Assembly (NCBI GenBank): GCA_048539495.1
Contig: JBLYPS010000008.1
Location: 837 to 64,836 of the forward strand
Length of the DNA: 64,000 nucleotides
Direction: 5' to 3'
Source: Dehalococcoidia bacterium
GTDB taxonomy: Bacteria > Chloroflexota > Dehalococcoidia > SZUA-161 > SpSt-899
Part shown: in pieces, positions 8,463 through 17,462 of the stretch
How the letters are laid out: each line of letters starts with the position of its first letter
How positions within the stretch are numbered: the stretch's first letter is position 1
Notes under the pieces: generated by a model
Seen by the model: the letters and a program-made list of their open reading frames with translations, nothing else
What the model was told of the DNA's origin: nothing
Databases searched by the model: none
Program-made: the position numbers and the translations under genes

Positions 8463-10106
8463 ATGATTAAAGACAAAATCGCCGAGATGCTCAAGCAAAC
8501 TGCTATCAAGGCGCAAGAGGAAGGATTGATCCCTTTCCTAGCTCTGCCCGAGATTCTCCTCGAGCATCCCCAAAAGCCGGAGCATGGCGATTATGCGGCG
8601 ACCATCGCTCTAAAACTGGGCCGGGCAGCCAAAGTCAGGCCTCTCAGCATAGCTGAGGCCCTGGTGAAATTGCTGCCTGCCATCGAGGGAATAGAGAAGG
8701 TCTGGGTGGTCCCACCTGGGTTCATCAATTTCGAGGTTAGGGAGGACTGGCTCCGCCAGCAGGTTGATGAAATCCTGAGCCAGGGTAATCGCTACGGCGA
8801 TTCGGCCTCAGGGCAGGGCTGCCGGGTGCAAGTGGAGTTTGTGAGCGTCAATCCTACCGGGCCACTGCATGTGGGGCATGGTCGGGGAGCGGTTCTGGGC
8901 AGCACCCTGGCCAATGTCCTCAGCGCCGCCGGATACAGCGTGGAGAGGGAGTATTACATTAACGATACCGGGAATCAGATGCAGAACTTCTACGCCTCTC
9001 TCTATGCGCGCTATCGAGAGGTCTTTGGCCTTCCCGCTCAGATACCAGCCGATGGCTATCGCGGAGAGTATATGATTCAGATAGCCCGCCGGATCGCTGC
9101 TGAGAGAGGGGATGTCTTCTTAGAGAGCAAAGAGGACGTAGGCCGGATTGGGGCGGAGATAATAATTGACTCCATCAAGGATGATCTTGATTTCCTGGGC
9201 GTCCAGTTCGACGTCTGGTTCAGTGAGCAAACGCTATATGATTCCGGCAAATTTGAGCGGGTACTGGCGATGATCAAACACGATAACCATGTTGAAGAAA
9301 GGGATGGGGCGCTCTGGTTTGTCTCCACCGGACTTGGCGAGGATAAGGACAACGTCCTGATTCGCTCCACGGGGGCGCCCACTTACTTCGCCTCGGATAT
9401 CGCCTATCACTACAACAAGTTTTTGGAACGCGGCTTTGATAAGGTCATTGACGTTTGGGGAGCCGACCATCAAGGGCACGTCTCCCGGATGAAGGCCGCC
9501 GTCAATGCCCTGGGTGTTTCACCAGAGAGGCTGCAGATAATAATCTCGCAGATGGTCAGTCTCCGCCGCGGCGAGGAGCAAATACGGGTCTCCAAGCGCA
9601 CCGGGGATATCATCACTCTACGGGAGGTGTTAGATGAGGTTGGACCTGATGTCTGTCGCTTCTTCTTTCTGGCGCGGTCGGCGAACAGTCAGATGGACTT
9701 CGATCTGGAACTGGCCAAGAAGGAGTCGATGGACAACCCGGTCTATTATGTCCAATACGGCCATGCTCGCATCACCGGCATCCTGCGACTGGCCGGGGAA
9801 AGGGGAATTGACTACGCAAAGGGCGACGTATCGCTTCTCACCGAGGATGCTGAACTGGGCCTGATCAGGAAATTACTCCTGTTCCCGGAGACCCTGGATT
9901 TGGTGGCCAACAACCTCGAGCCCCACCACCTCCCCCACTATGCCCAGGACCTGGCCACCGCCTTTCACAATTTCTACGAGAAATGCCGGGTCATCACTGA
10001 GGATGAGCCCCTTACCCTGGCCCGGCTGAAGCTGGTGGAGGCAACAAGGATCGTCCTGGCGAGGACACTGCGCCTCATGGGGATGAGTGCACCGGAGCGC
10101 ATGTGA
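8463..10106 (+). CDS. argS: arginine--tRNA ligase
   Basis: 547 aa with the class I HIGH motif region (PTGPLHVGHGRGAVLG) and the ArgRS N-terminal and anticodon-binding domain layout. Confidence 0.9.
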   Translation: MIKDKIAEMLKQTAIKAQEEGLIPFLALPEILLEHPQKPEHGDYAATIALKLGRAAKVRPLSIAEALVKLLPAIEGIEKVWVVPPGFINFEVREDWLRQQVDEILSQGNRYGDSASGQGCRVQVEFVSVNPTGPLHVGHGRGAVLGSTLANVLSAAGYSVEREYYINDTGNQMQNFYASLYARYREVFGLPAQIPADGYRGEYMIQIARRIAAERGDVFLESKEDVGRIGAEIIIDSIKDDLDFLGVQFDVWFSEQTLYDSGKFERVLAMIKHDNHVEERDGALWFVSTGLGEDKDNVLIRSTGAPTYFASDIAYHYNKFLERGFDKVIDVWGADHQGHVSRMKAAVNALGVSPERLQIIISQMVSLRRGEEQIRVSKRTGDIITLREVLDEVGPDVCRFFFLARSANSQMDFDLELAKKESMDNPVYYVQYGHARITGILRLAGERGIDYAKGDVSLLTEDAELGLIRKLLLFPETLDLVANNLEPHHLPHYAQDLATAFHNFYEKCRVITEDEPLTLARLKLVEATRIVLARTLRLMGMSAPERM

Positions 10107-10152
10107 GCTGTTTGCAATTCTCGAGTGCACTTGATATAATGAATCAGGCAGT

Positions 10153-11478
10153 ATGAACACCACTGACGATGAAGACCCCGACCACATTAACCGTGCCCCA
10201 CCGACTGTCGCTCTTCAGACCGTTGGCTGCAAGCTCAATCAGGCGGAAAGTGAATCTCTGGCATGTAGATTCCGCGGTGCCGGGTTTGGCGTAGTAGCCC
10301 CCGATCAAGACCCCGATGTCTACATTCTCAATACCTGCACCGTGACTCATATCGCCGACCGTAAGTGTCGGCACCATCTGCGATCTTTCCGTCGAGCCAA
10401 TCCCCGTGCCCTGGTTCTGGCTACCGGTTGCTATGTGGAGCGGGACGCGGCCGGAGTCCACATTGAAGGGGTTGATCTCGCTGTCGGCAACACCGATAAG
10501 GATCGCCTGGTGGAGATAGTTACCGGCCGACTTGAAAACCGTGTCCGTAGACCGTTGGCCGTGTCCGGACACGGATCACGTATCCCGGACACGACATTCA
10601 ATGGCTATGAGGCGCAATTGTTCCGCACGCGGTCGCTGGTCAAGGTTCAAGACGGATGTAATCAGTGCTGCTCTTATTGTATCGTGCCGCATGTCCGGGG
10701 ACAGGAACGCAGCGTGCCTGCGGAACAAGTGGTGACCGAGGTCAAGGATAGAGCTAGCAGGGGATACCAGGAGGTCGTCCTCACCGGAACCAGAATTGGA
10801 GCCTATAAGGGGGGGCTTGCGGGGTTGGTGCGGCAAATCCTGGATGACACGGCCATCCCACGTCTGCGGCTTTCTTCACTTCAACCCGGGGAACTACCCA
10901 CCTCATTTATCGAGCTCTGGAGCGACAACGGACGGATATGCCGCCACCTGCACCTTGCCCTTCAAAGCGGCAGCGATTCGGTGCTTAAGCGTATGGGGCG
11001 TGGATATTGCACCGGCGAGTACGAGGAGACGGTGAATTTGGTTCGGGACGGGATGCCCGATGTTGCCATTACCACCGATGTCATTGTGGGCTTCCCCGGC
11101 GAGAGCGAAAAGGAATTCGAGGAGAGCTATCGCTTCTGCGAGAGAATCGGCTTTGCCGGTTTGCACATCTTCCCCTATTCGGCGCGCCCGGGTACTCCAG
11201 CATCCCGGATGCCCGGCAAGGTTCCCGAGAAGATCAAGAAGTCTCGGAGTCGGATCATGATTGAACTGGCAGGCCGCAGTGTCCGGGACTTTCGCCGACG
11301 GTTTTCAGGCCAAACTATGCCGGTATTGTGGGAGGAGCGAAAGGGGGAAGGTCTCTGGGTCGGGCACACCGGTAACTATATCAAGGTAATTACCAGGAGC
11401 GTGGAGTCACTCCGGGGTTATCTGCTCGAGACTAAGCTGGGCGGTGGATATGAAGATGCCCTGTGGGGTGATATATGA
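10153..11478 (+). CDS. mtaB: tRNA methylthiotransferase, MtaB/MiaB-like radical SAM enzyme
   Basis: The MTTase N-terminal domain (VALQTVGCKLNQAESE...ILNTCTV) and a radical-SAM CxxxCxxC (CNQCCSYCIVP). It carries an in-frame 'gtgtccggacac' palindromic insertion at 10541-10598. Confidence 0.75.
   Translation: MNTTDDEDPDHINRAPPTVALQTVGCKLNQAESESLACRFRGAGFGVVAPDQDPDVYILNTCTVTHIADRKCRHHLRSFRRANPRALVLATGCYVERDAAGVHIEGVDLAVGNTDKDRLVEIVTGRLENRVRRPLAVSGHGSRIPDTTFNGYEAQLFRTRSLVKVQDGCNQCCSYCIVPHVRGQERSVPAEQVVTEVKDRASRGYQEVVLTGTRIGAYKGGLAGLVRQILDDTAIPRLRLSSLQPGELPTSFIELWSDNGRICRHLHLALQSGSDSVLKRMGRGYCTGEYEETVNLVRDGMPDVAITTDVIVGFPGESEKEFEESYRFCERIGFAGLHIFPYSARPGTPASRMPGKVPEKIKKSRSRIMIELAGRSVRDFRRRFSGQTMPVLWEERKGEGLWVGHTGNYIKVITRSVESLRGYLLETKLGGGYEDALWGDI
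10541..10598. repeat. palindromic element, 'ccgtgtccggacacgg...cgtatcccggacacga' family, inserted in frame in mtaB
   Basis: The same core recurs at 23333-23380 (in nadK) and 21196-21262. Shorter copies are at 7206-7220 and 8224-8238. Confidence 0.8.
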
Positions 11479-11556
11479 TTGGTAATTGGTGATTGGTGAT
11501 TGGTGATTGCAGACCAACTAATCACTAATTACTAATCACTATTCACTAATCAAGGG
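11476..11556. repeat. heptanucleotide palindromic element (gtgattg units / caatcac arms)
   Basis: attggtaattggtgattggtgattggtgattgcagaccaactaatcactaattactaatcactattcactaatc. Relatives are at 21118-21180 and 32988-33060. Confidence 0.8.
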
Positions 11557-11568
11557 GGGTGAGGAAGA

Positions 11569-12828
11569 ATGATTGAAGGTATCTATCTGGTTTACCTCAT
11601 TGTCTTCGGGATTTGCCTGTTGTTCTCCGCCTTTTTCTCGAGCTCGGAGACCGCCTATATCTCGTTGGAACGAGCACGCATCAGGCACATGGTAAAAACG
11701 GGTGTAGCCGGAGCGGAGGAGGTAGCAAAACTTACCGAAAAGCCGGAGAAGTTGTTGACCACCGTGCTGGTGGGTAATAACTTTGTGAACACCGCCGCCG
11801 CTGTCCTGGGAACCATGATCGCCGTGGCCATCCTTGGCCCTGGTCCGAGGGCTCTCATTGTATCCACCATCGTGATAACCTTTCTGGTCTTGATCTTCGG
11901 TGAGATTGCCCCCAAGACCGCCGCTACACGAATAGGGGAACGAATGGCCTTATTCTACATCCGTCCCTTGAGGGCCATATCATGGGTTCTCTCGCCGGTT
12001 ACCTTCCTTCTTTCTGGAATAGGCACCGGCATAGCCAGGCTTCTGGGCGGTACCTCCATGCCTCGGAAACTGATAAGCGAGGAGGAAATCCGTGCCATGA
12101 TATCCATGGGGCGTGAAGATGGAGCCATGGCAGGGGAAGAGGCGAAGATGATGGAACGGGTATTCCGCTTTGGGGATCGTCAGGTGAAGGAGATTATGAC
12201 GCCACGCACGGATATCGTGAGGGTGGAGAAGGGTACCAAGCTGGCTGATTTTCTGGCAATATATGCTGAGAATCCTCACACTAGATTTCCGGTTTACGAT
12301 GAAACCGTGGACGATGTGATCGGTATTCTCTGGATAAAGGACGTGCTGCTGACCCAGGTCAGGTGCGAGTCGGATAAAGACAGCGTGGTAACGGAGCTCG
12401 CCCGTCCGGTCTTTTTCGCACCCGAGACCAAGATGGCGGGGGAGCTTCTCGCCGAGATGCAGGAGCAGAGAACTCAGATCGCGATCATAGTTGACGAGTA
12501 TGGAGGAACAGCCGGTATGGTAACCATGGACCAGTTGCTGGAGGAAATCGTGGGGCAATTGGGAGATGAACTGGGATTAGGCAAGCATGTCGAGACCATC
12601 GGTCACGACACTTTTCAGGTCAGTGGCGGAATGAGAGTCGATCAGGCAAACGAAGAACTTGGGTTAGGGTTGGCCGAAGGTGACTATGAAACTGTGGCCG
12701 GCTTTGTTCTCCATGCCCTGGGGCATATCCCCAGGGAGGGGGAGCAGTTGAAACATGGGGACGTGACGCTCACGGTTACCGAGATGAAGGGAGTCAAGAT
12801 TGAAAAGGTTCTTATCATCAAGGGGTGA
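11569..12828 (+). CDS. hemolysin-family protein (CNNM/DUF21 TM domain, CBS pair, CorC_HlyC domain)
   Basis: N-terminal DUF21 with 4 TM helices (SSSETAYISL), a central CBS pair, and a C-terminal transporter-associated domain. Confidence 0.85.
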   Translation: MIEGIYLVYLIVFGICLLFSAFFSSSETAYISLERARIRHMVKTGVAGAEEVAKLTEKPEKLLTTVLVGNNFVNTAAAVLGTMIAVAILGPGPRALIVSTIVITFLVLIFGEIAPKTAATRIGERMALFYIRPLRAISWVLSPVTFLLSGIGTGIARLLGGTSMPRKLISEEEIRAMISMGREDGAMAGEEAKMMERVFRFGDRQVKEIMTPRTDIVRVEKGTKLADFLAIYAENPHTRFPVYDETVDDVIGILWIKDVLLTQVRCESDKDSVVTELARPVFFAPETKMAGELLAEMQEQRTQIAIIVDEYGGTAGMVTMDQLLEEIVGQLGDELGLGKHVETIGHDTFQVSGGMRVDQANEELGLGLAEGDYETVAGFVLHALGHIPREGEQLKHGDVTLTVTEMKGVKIEKVLIIKG

Positions 12829-13558
12829 TCCTTCGACTCCGCTCAGGACAGGTCCACAGCAGAGACTCTGCCTCACCTTCGGTCGGGGCGAGGAGGTAAA
12901 ATACATCACCCATCTGGATGTCATGCGCCTCTGGCACAGGGCACTCCGTCGCGCCGGCATGCCTCTTTTGTACTCGGAGGGGTTCAATCCCCGTCCCAGA
13001 ATCGCCATCGCCGCTCCGCTTGCCCTGGGGGTCACCAGCGAAGCGGAACTGATGGACGTCTTCCTGGAGAGGAAGGTCTCCCTGCATTTCTTTACCAGGG
13101 TGGTGAGCGAGCAGTTGCCACAGGGCATCGAGATTTTAGAGGTGCGGGAATATTGGCCTAAACTCCCTTCGCTCCAATCCCAGTTGCGTTTTGCGGAATA
13201 TCGGGTTGAGGTGGAGTCAAGGAAGTCGCCAGAGGAAGTGAGCCACGCGCTTCGCTCCTTGCTGGCAACCAGAAGCCTGCCCTGGCAACATGCCCGAGAC
13301 AAGGAAACCCGCCGCTACGACCTCCGGGCGCTGATCGGAGCCCTCTGGCTTGTCGATCAGGGGTCAGGGGTCAGGAGTCAGGGATCAGCCCCCACCCCGC
13401 ACCCCCGACAACTGAACGATGCCCGGTATACGCTTGGCATGAGACTGCGCCATGATGCCGGCGGTTCGGGCAGGCCGGAGCAGGTAACTGCTGCCCTGGG
13501 ATTCTCGGAATTTCCCAAATCGATTCACCGTGTCAGACTGATTTTGGCTTCAAGATGA
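12800..13558 (+). CDS. TIGR03936/DUF2344 family radical-SAM-associated protein
   Basis: YITHLDVMRLWHRALRRAGMPLLYSEGFNPRPRIAIAAPLALG matches the family signature. It contains an in-frame element at 13355-13420. The start is uncertain (overlaps the upstream gene by 29 nt). Confidence 0.6.
   Translation: MKRFLSSRGDPSTPLRTGPQQRLCLTFGRGEEVKYITHLDVMRLWHRALRRAGMPLLYSEGFNPRPRIAIAAPLALGVTSEAELMDVFLERKVSLHFFTRVVSEQLPQGIEILEVREYWPKLPSLQSQLRFAEYRVEVESRKSPEEVSHALRSLLATRSLPWQHARDKETRRYDLRALIGALWLVDQGSGVRSQGSAPTPHPRQLNDARYTLGMRLRHDAGGSGRPEQVTAALGFSEFPKSIHRVRLILASR
13355..13420. repeat. composite heptamer element ('ctgatccc' arm, C-rich core, 'cagttga' arm), reverse orientation, in frame in a CDS
   Basis: gatcaggggtcaggggtcaggagtcagggatcagcccccaccccgcacccccgacaactga. 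Same family as 20340-20410, 29950-30025, 36598-36665 and 60700-60765. Confidence 0.75.
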
Positions 13559-13595
13559 GGTTAGCCGTAGCCCTCATTACCTATTACCTCTTACC

Positions 13596-13645
13596 TCTTT
13601 AGCATGTAGGGAGTAGGGAGGCTATCCTCTACCCGCTACTCGTTT
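13596..13645. repeat. intergenic palindromic element ('cgtgtag.../gtagggagtagggaggcta' family)
   Basis: Related to 19410-19475, 35172-35250 and 35798-35875. Confidence 0.7.
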
Positions 13646-13712
13646 CTCTGTGAACCCTGTGGCCATCAATCGCTGGCTGAGTAATTACAACTTGGCTAAG
13701 GAGTGCTAAATA

Positions 13713-14345
13713 ATGACTACCGAGAAGAAAGACGATGCAGTAACAAAACAAGATGCCGCCAAAACCATTTTGAAAGATAACCCCAGCAATTACAAAACAA
13801 TTTTTATGGCCAATGGTCTTTTATCTTTTGCCGATGGGATTTACTATCCTTTTTTCATTGTATTTCTTCATACCGTTGGCGATATATTCTTGATCGGAGG
13901 CGGATTAGGTTTACTCATAATCTTTGGGTCTCTCGGAAACTATTTTGCCGGAAAATGGGCTGATAAATATGGCAAAAAACCATTCCTTTTGCTTATCTCT
14001 GTTATTAGTGTTGCTATTTTTATGGCTTATCCTCTTCTACCGCTTCTTGAAACAGCAGACCACAGTTTAATGTTCCTTGTTCTTATTACAATACTGTTTA
14101 TCGATGGGATAGCATCTGGTGTTTGGCAAACAGTCGAGGCTGCTTATCTGGGGGATATTACAAGCAAGGCTTCCAGAGGAAGCAAGATGGGTTCTTACTG
14201 GGGAGTTTCAGGCTTCGTCTCCGGCGCAGCTATGATTGGTGCCGGTTTTTTAGGTGTGCATATTGATTTTCTTACCGCAGCAGTTGTTGCGAGTTCCATC
14301 TATCTTAGTGGATTTTTTTTACTGCTCCGTGTCAAAGAGATGTAA
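13713..14345 (+). CDS. membrane protein resembling the C-terminal half of an MFS transporter (6 TM); sits in an AT-rich patch
   Basis: 210 aa, six hydrophobic helices. GC is markedly lower than in flanking genes (13.6-14.4 kb), suggesting a foreign or truncated gene. Confidence 0.45.
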   Translation: MTTEKKDDAVTKQDAAKTILKDNPSNYKTIFMANGLLSFADGIYYPFFIVFLHTVGDIFLIGGGLGLLIIFGSLGNYFAGKWADKYGKKPFLLLISVISVAIFMAYPLLPLLETADHSLMFLVLITILFIDGIASGVWQTVEAAYLGDITSKASRGSKMGSYWGVSGFVSGAAMIGAGFLGVHIDFLTAAVVASSIYLSGFFLLLRVKEM

Positions 14346-14463
14346 TTATACTGCCGCGCAAAAATCCAAAGGTTTTTTGGGGCGAACTATGCATCTTGGG
14401 ATTTGAGGCAAATAGAGTGAAGCCGGTCAAATTCAACGACACCTACCACATGGGAGCCAATTA

Positions 14464-16149
14464 TTGAAAGTGTCTTCGAAGATCGCCCAGCAGTTGCCCC
14501 GCCGGGTAGAGCGCTTTATCGCGGAGCATGGCCTCTTAGAACGAGTCGAGAGTCGAGAATCAAGAGTCAAGAGTCAAGAGGGAGGGGAGGGGGACTCCAG
14601 ACTCCAGACTCCAGACTCTAGACTGCTAGTGGTGGGGGTCTCGGGTGGGACTGATTCCATCTGTCTGCTCCACGTTTTACTCCAGCTAAGGGATAAACTC
14701 GGCATTGATTTGCATGTGGCCCATCTGAATCACCAGTTGCGAGGTGCGGAGGCGGATGCCGATGCGGAGCACGTATCGAATCTGGCGCGGCAGCTCGGCA
14801 TCGCCGCTACCATTCAGAAACGCGACGTAACCGAGTCGAGAGTCAAGAGTCAAGAGTCCAGAGTCCGGGGCGGCAGGGATGGGGACTCTCGACTCTCGAC
14901 TCTCGACTCCAGACTCTTGTTCGACTCTCGTTCCTCGATTGAGGAGGCGGCCCGGGAGGTACGCTATGCCTTCTTCGCTGAGGTAGCTCGGGCTACGGGC
15001 GCCGGCGCGGTAGCGGTGGGGCATACCGCCGACGATCAGGCCGAGACCCTCCTGATGCACCTGATTCGGGGGACGGGGCTTCTGGGGCTCCGAGGCATGC
15101 AGCCGCGCTCACGGTGGCGCTTGCTCGATGGGGCTCAACTGACGGTGATCAGACCGCTTCTGGCGGTCAGCCGGGAGGAGACCGAAGCCTACTGTGCTGC
15201 CTGCGATCTTTCCACACGGCTGGACTCCTCGAATATCTCTTCCAAATACCTGCGCAACCGCATCCGCGCCGAGCTTATGCCAGTGCTCATGGAATATAAT
15301 CCCCGCATCCGCGAGAGCCTGTCTCGTGCTGCCTGCACGATTGCTGCCGATATTGCTCATCTCGATGAGGAGGTGGCACGGCTCTGGGATTCTGTGGCAG
15401 TGGAACGACACTTCGACTCGGCTCAGGACAGGCACGACGCCGTAGCGCTGGACAACAGAGCGTTTTCCGCCCTTTCCCCGGCGCTCCGGCGGCATCTGTT
15501 GCGCTCCATCCTGGGACGATTGCTGGGGGACCTGCGAGATATTGAGTTAGTTCACATTGAGGGCCTGCTCAATGTCCTGGTAAGGCCGGCGGGTAAGAGG
15601 CTCTCCCTGCCCGGCGATCTTGTATTCCATGGCAGCTACACTGAAAGCCTCATCACCAGGTCCAAGGATGCTCCCTGTCCCTTGCCGCCGCTTACAGGGG
15701 AACACCACTTGGCTATCCCCGGCGAAACCATGCTGCCAGGCTGGCGGGTCAGAGCAAGGGTTATCGAAAGCAAGCCCTGTCCCGTCGATGATGCCGGCTA
15801 TAATCACGCCCCCAGAACCGAAGACTTTTGGGGGGGGCCTGTAATTGGGGGCAAAGATTCTTGTCGGACATCATACAAAGCTTGCCTCGATTTCGATCTT
15901 ACCGGCACACAGCTCGTTGTCAGAAGCCGCCGTGATGGCGATAGGTTCCAGCCACTGGGGATGGGTGAGTCAAAGAAGCTGCAGGACTTCATGATGGATG
16001 CCAGGATCCCCCGTGCCTGGCGGGACCGCGTGCCATTGGTCTGTGCCGGAGAACAGATCGTCTGGGTGGTGGGCTGGCGCATCAACCACCGCGTGAGGGT
16101 GACCGACTCCACCAGGCGAGTTCTCCGACTCGAGTTTGAGAGGATTTAG
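14464..16149 (+). CDS. tilS: tRNA(Ile)-lysidine synthetase
   Basis: PP-loop SGGTDS (LLVVGVSGGTDSICLL) and a C-terminal TilS domain. The 561-aa length is inflated by two in-frame palindromic insertions (14543-14625, 14832-14940). It uses a TTG start. Confidence 0.85.
   Translation: MKVSSKIAQQLPRRVERFIAEHGLLERVESRESRVKSQEGGEGDSRLQTPDSRLLVVGVSGGTDSICLLHVLLQLRDKLGIDLHVAHLNHQLRGAEADADAEHVSNLARQLGIAATIQKRDVTESRVKSQESRVRGGRDGDSRLSTLDSRLLFDSRSSIEEAAREVRYAFFAEVARATGAGAVAVGHTADDQAETLLMHLIRGTGLLGLRGMQPRSRWRLLDGAQLTVIRPLLAVSREETEAYCAACDLSTRLDSSNISSKYLRNRIRAELMPVLMEYNPRIRESLSRAACTIAADIAHLDEEVARLWDSVAVERHFDSAQDRHDAVALDNRAFSALSPALRRHLLRSILGRLLGDLRDIELVHIEGLLNVLVRPAGKRLSLPGDLVFHGSYTESLITRSKDAPCPLPPLTGEHHLAIPGETMLPGWRVRARVIESKPCPVDDAGYNHAPRTEDFWGGPVIGGKDSCRTSYKACLDFDLTGTQLVVRSRRDGDRFQPLGMGESKKLQDFMMDARIPRAWRDRVPLVCAGEQIVWVVGWRINHRVRVTDSTRRVLRLEFERI
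14543..14625. repeat. heptanucleotide palindromic element, family A (gagtcga/gagtcaa units, GGGAGGGG core, gactcca units), in frame in tilS
   Basis: gagtcgagagtcgagaatcaagagtcaagagtcaagagggaggggagggggactccagactccagactccagactctagact. It translates as ...ERVESRESRVKSQEGGEGDSRLQTPDSRL.... Confidence 0.85.
14832..14940. repeat. family A palindromic element (second copy in tilS, in frame)
   Basis: cgagtcgagagtcaagagtcaagagtccagagtccgggg...ggggactctcgactctcgactctcgactccagactc. Confidence 0.85.
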
Positions 16150-16479
16150 GCGCTTAGCACCGCCACATCCTCAAGAGATTGTGGATATGGTTATTGGGAT
16201 TTCCGAGATTGCCTTTTTGGTTCTGGCTCATGCGAGTCATGGTTAGTGCAGTAAGGGTGCCGAGGGGGATATTTGCATTATAGAGCACAATGATCTCACA
16301 TATGCTATAATCTATCCAAGTCTTATGACCGTAACTACTCAATAGGTCGAAATGTGTGATAATGCATCAAATCTCGGAGCTATTCGAGGATATCCAAACC
16401 GTACTTATAAATAGAGAACAAGCTGCCAAAGCTTTTTCTACTTGCTGAATTAGAAAGCCAGCGAGCTGGGAAAACAGGC

Positions 16480-16887
16480 ATGGAAGTTGGTTCCCTACGA
16501 GAACGAGTATTGGTCTCTTTATTGATCTACAGGTTTGGCGAAGATAACGTAACCACAGATATACCCATTACAGCCCCCGAGGTGGATGTATTACTTTTTG
16601 GTAATCCTATCTCAATCAAAACTAAATCAGGGTCAGGCTATTCAGGCATAAAACTGATATGGACTGTAGACGCTCAAAATGCCCGTGAGTTCTTAGACTC
16701 CTATCGCCCAACTTGTGACATGATGTTCGCCCAGATAATATGGAACGGAAAAGGCGGCCTGTTCTATATCCCACTCTCTACGCAAACCGAAGTATTTGAA
16801 GAACTGGGTAACAACTCTTATATCAAACTACCTGGATTAGGAACAAACCCAAGAGGGGTGGAGATTAGTTCAAAAGCACTTCAGTAG
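16480..16887 (+). CDS. hypothetical protein in an AT-rich island (possible restriction-endonuclease remnant)
   Basis: A 135-aa ORF in low-GC DNA immediately upstream of a truncated DNA methyltransferase. I recognise no motif. Confidence 0.3.
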   Translation: MEVGSLRERVLVSLLIYRFGEDNVTTDIPITAPEVDVLLFGNPISIKTKSGSGYSGIKLIWTVDAQNAREFLDSYRPTCDMMFAQIIWNGKGGLFYIPLSTQTEVFEELGNNSYIKLPGLGTNPRGVEISSKALQ

Positions 16888-16927
16888 AAAACCATACATT
16901 CCGCTTCATGGCTATATTATTGAAGGA

Positions 16928-17413
16928 ATGCAAAAAATCGGTTTTCTCATGCGCGGTGAAATAATTTGGAACAAGGCTTCAAGTGCCAGTACTTCAACTG
17001 CCTGGGGGAGTTGGCTTTCGGCTGCGAATCCTGTTTTGAGAGACATTCATGAGTATATTCTGATTTTCTCTAAAGACACCTTTTCAAGAAGAAGCAAAGA
17101 TAAGCAAAATACGATTAAGAAAGAGGATTTCCTTGAGTGGACAAAAAGCGTGTGGGCATTTCCAGCAGTCTCGGCAAGAGAAATAGGCCATCCAGCGCCG
17201 TTTCCAGAAGAACTTCCCCATCGCTTGATTCAATTGTACTCTTTCAAGGACGATGTTATCTTGGACCCTTTTGCGGGCAGTGGCTCGACTTGCATCGCAG
17301 CTATTAAAGACAACCGAAATTATGTTGCCTACGATGTTGATCCCCAATATGTCAAACTGGCAAAAAAACGAATTGCCGTACTTAAGGATCAATTAAAGCT
17401 GTTCGATCACTGA
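16928..17413 (+). pseudogene. 5'-truncated N4/N6 DNA methyltransferase (beta-class, C-terminal part only)
   Basis: Carries the HPAPFP motif and the AdoMet motif I (DPFAGSGST) with the C-terminal tail of beta-class MTases. It lacks the N-terminal DPPY catalytic motif. It lies in AT-rich DNA. Confidence 0.65.
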
Positions 17414-17462
17414 TCTTTGGAACTGCCCCCCAGGGACACTTGCAAATGAGGCCCGCACATTC

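Noticed and set aside
12664-13302. 212-aa minus-strand ORF overlapping the hemolysin-family and TIGR03936 genes
   Set aside because: Antisense to two supported CDSs.
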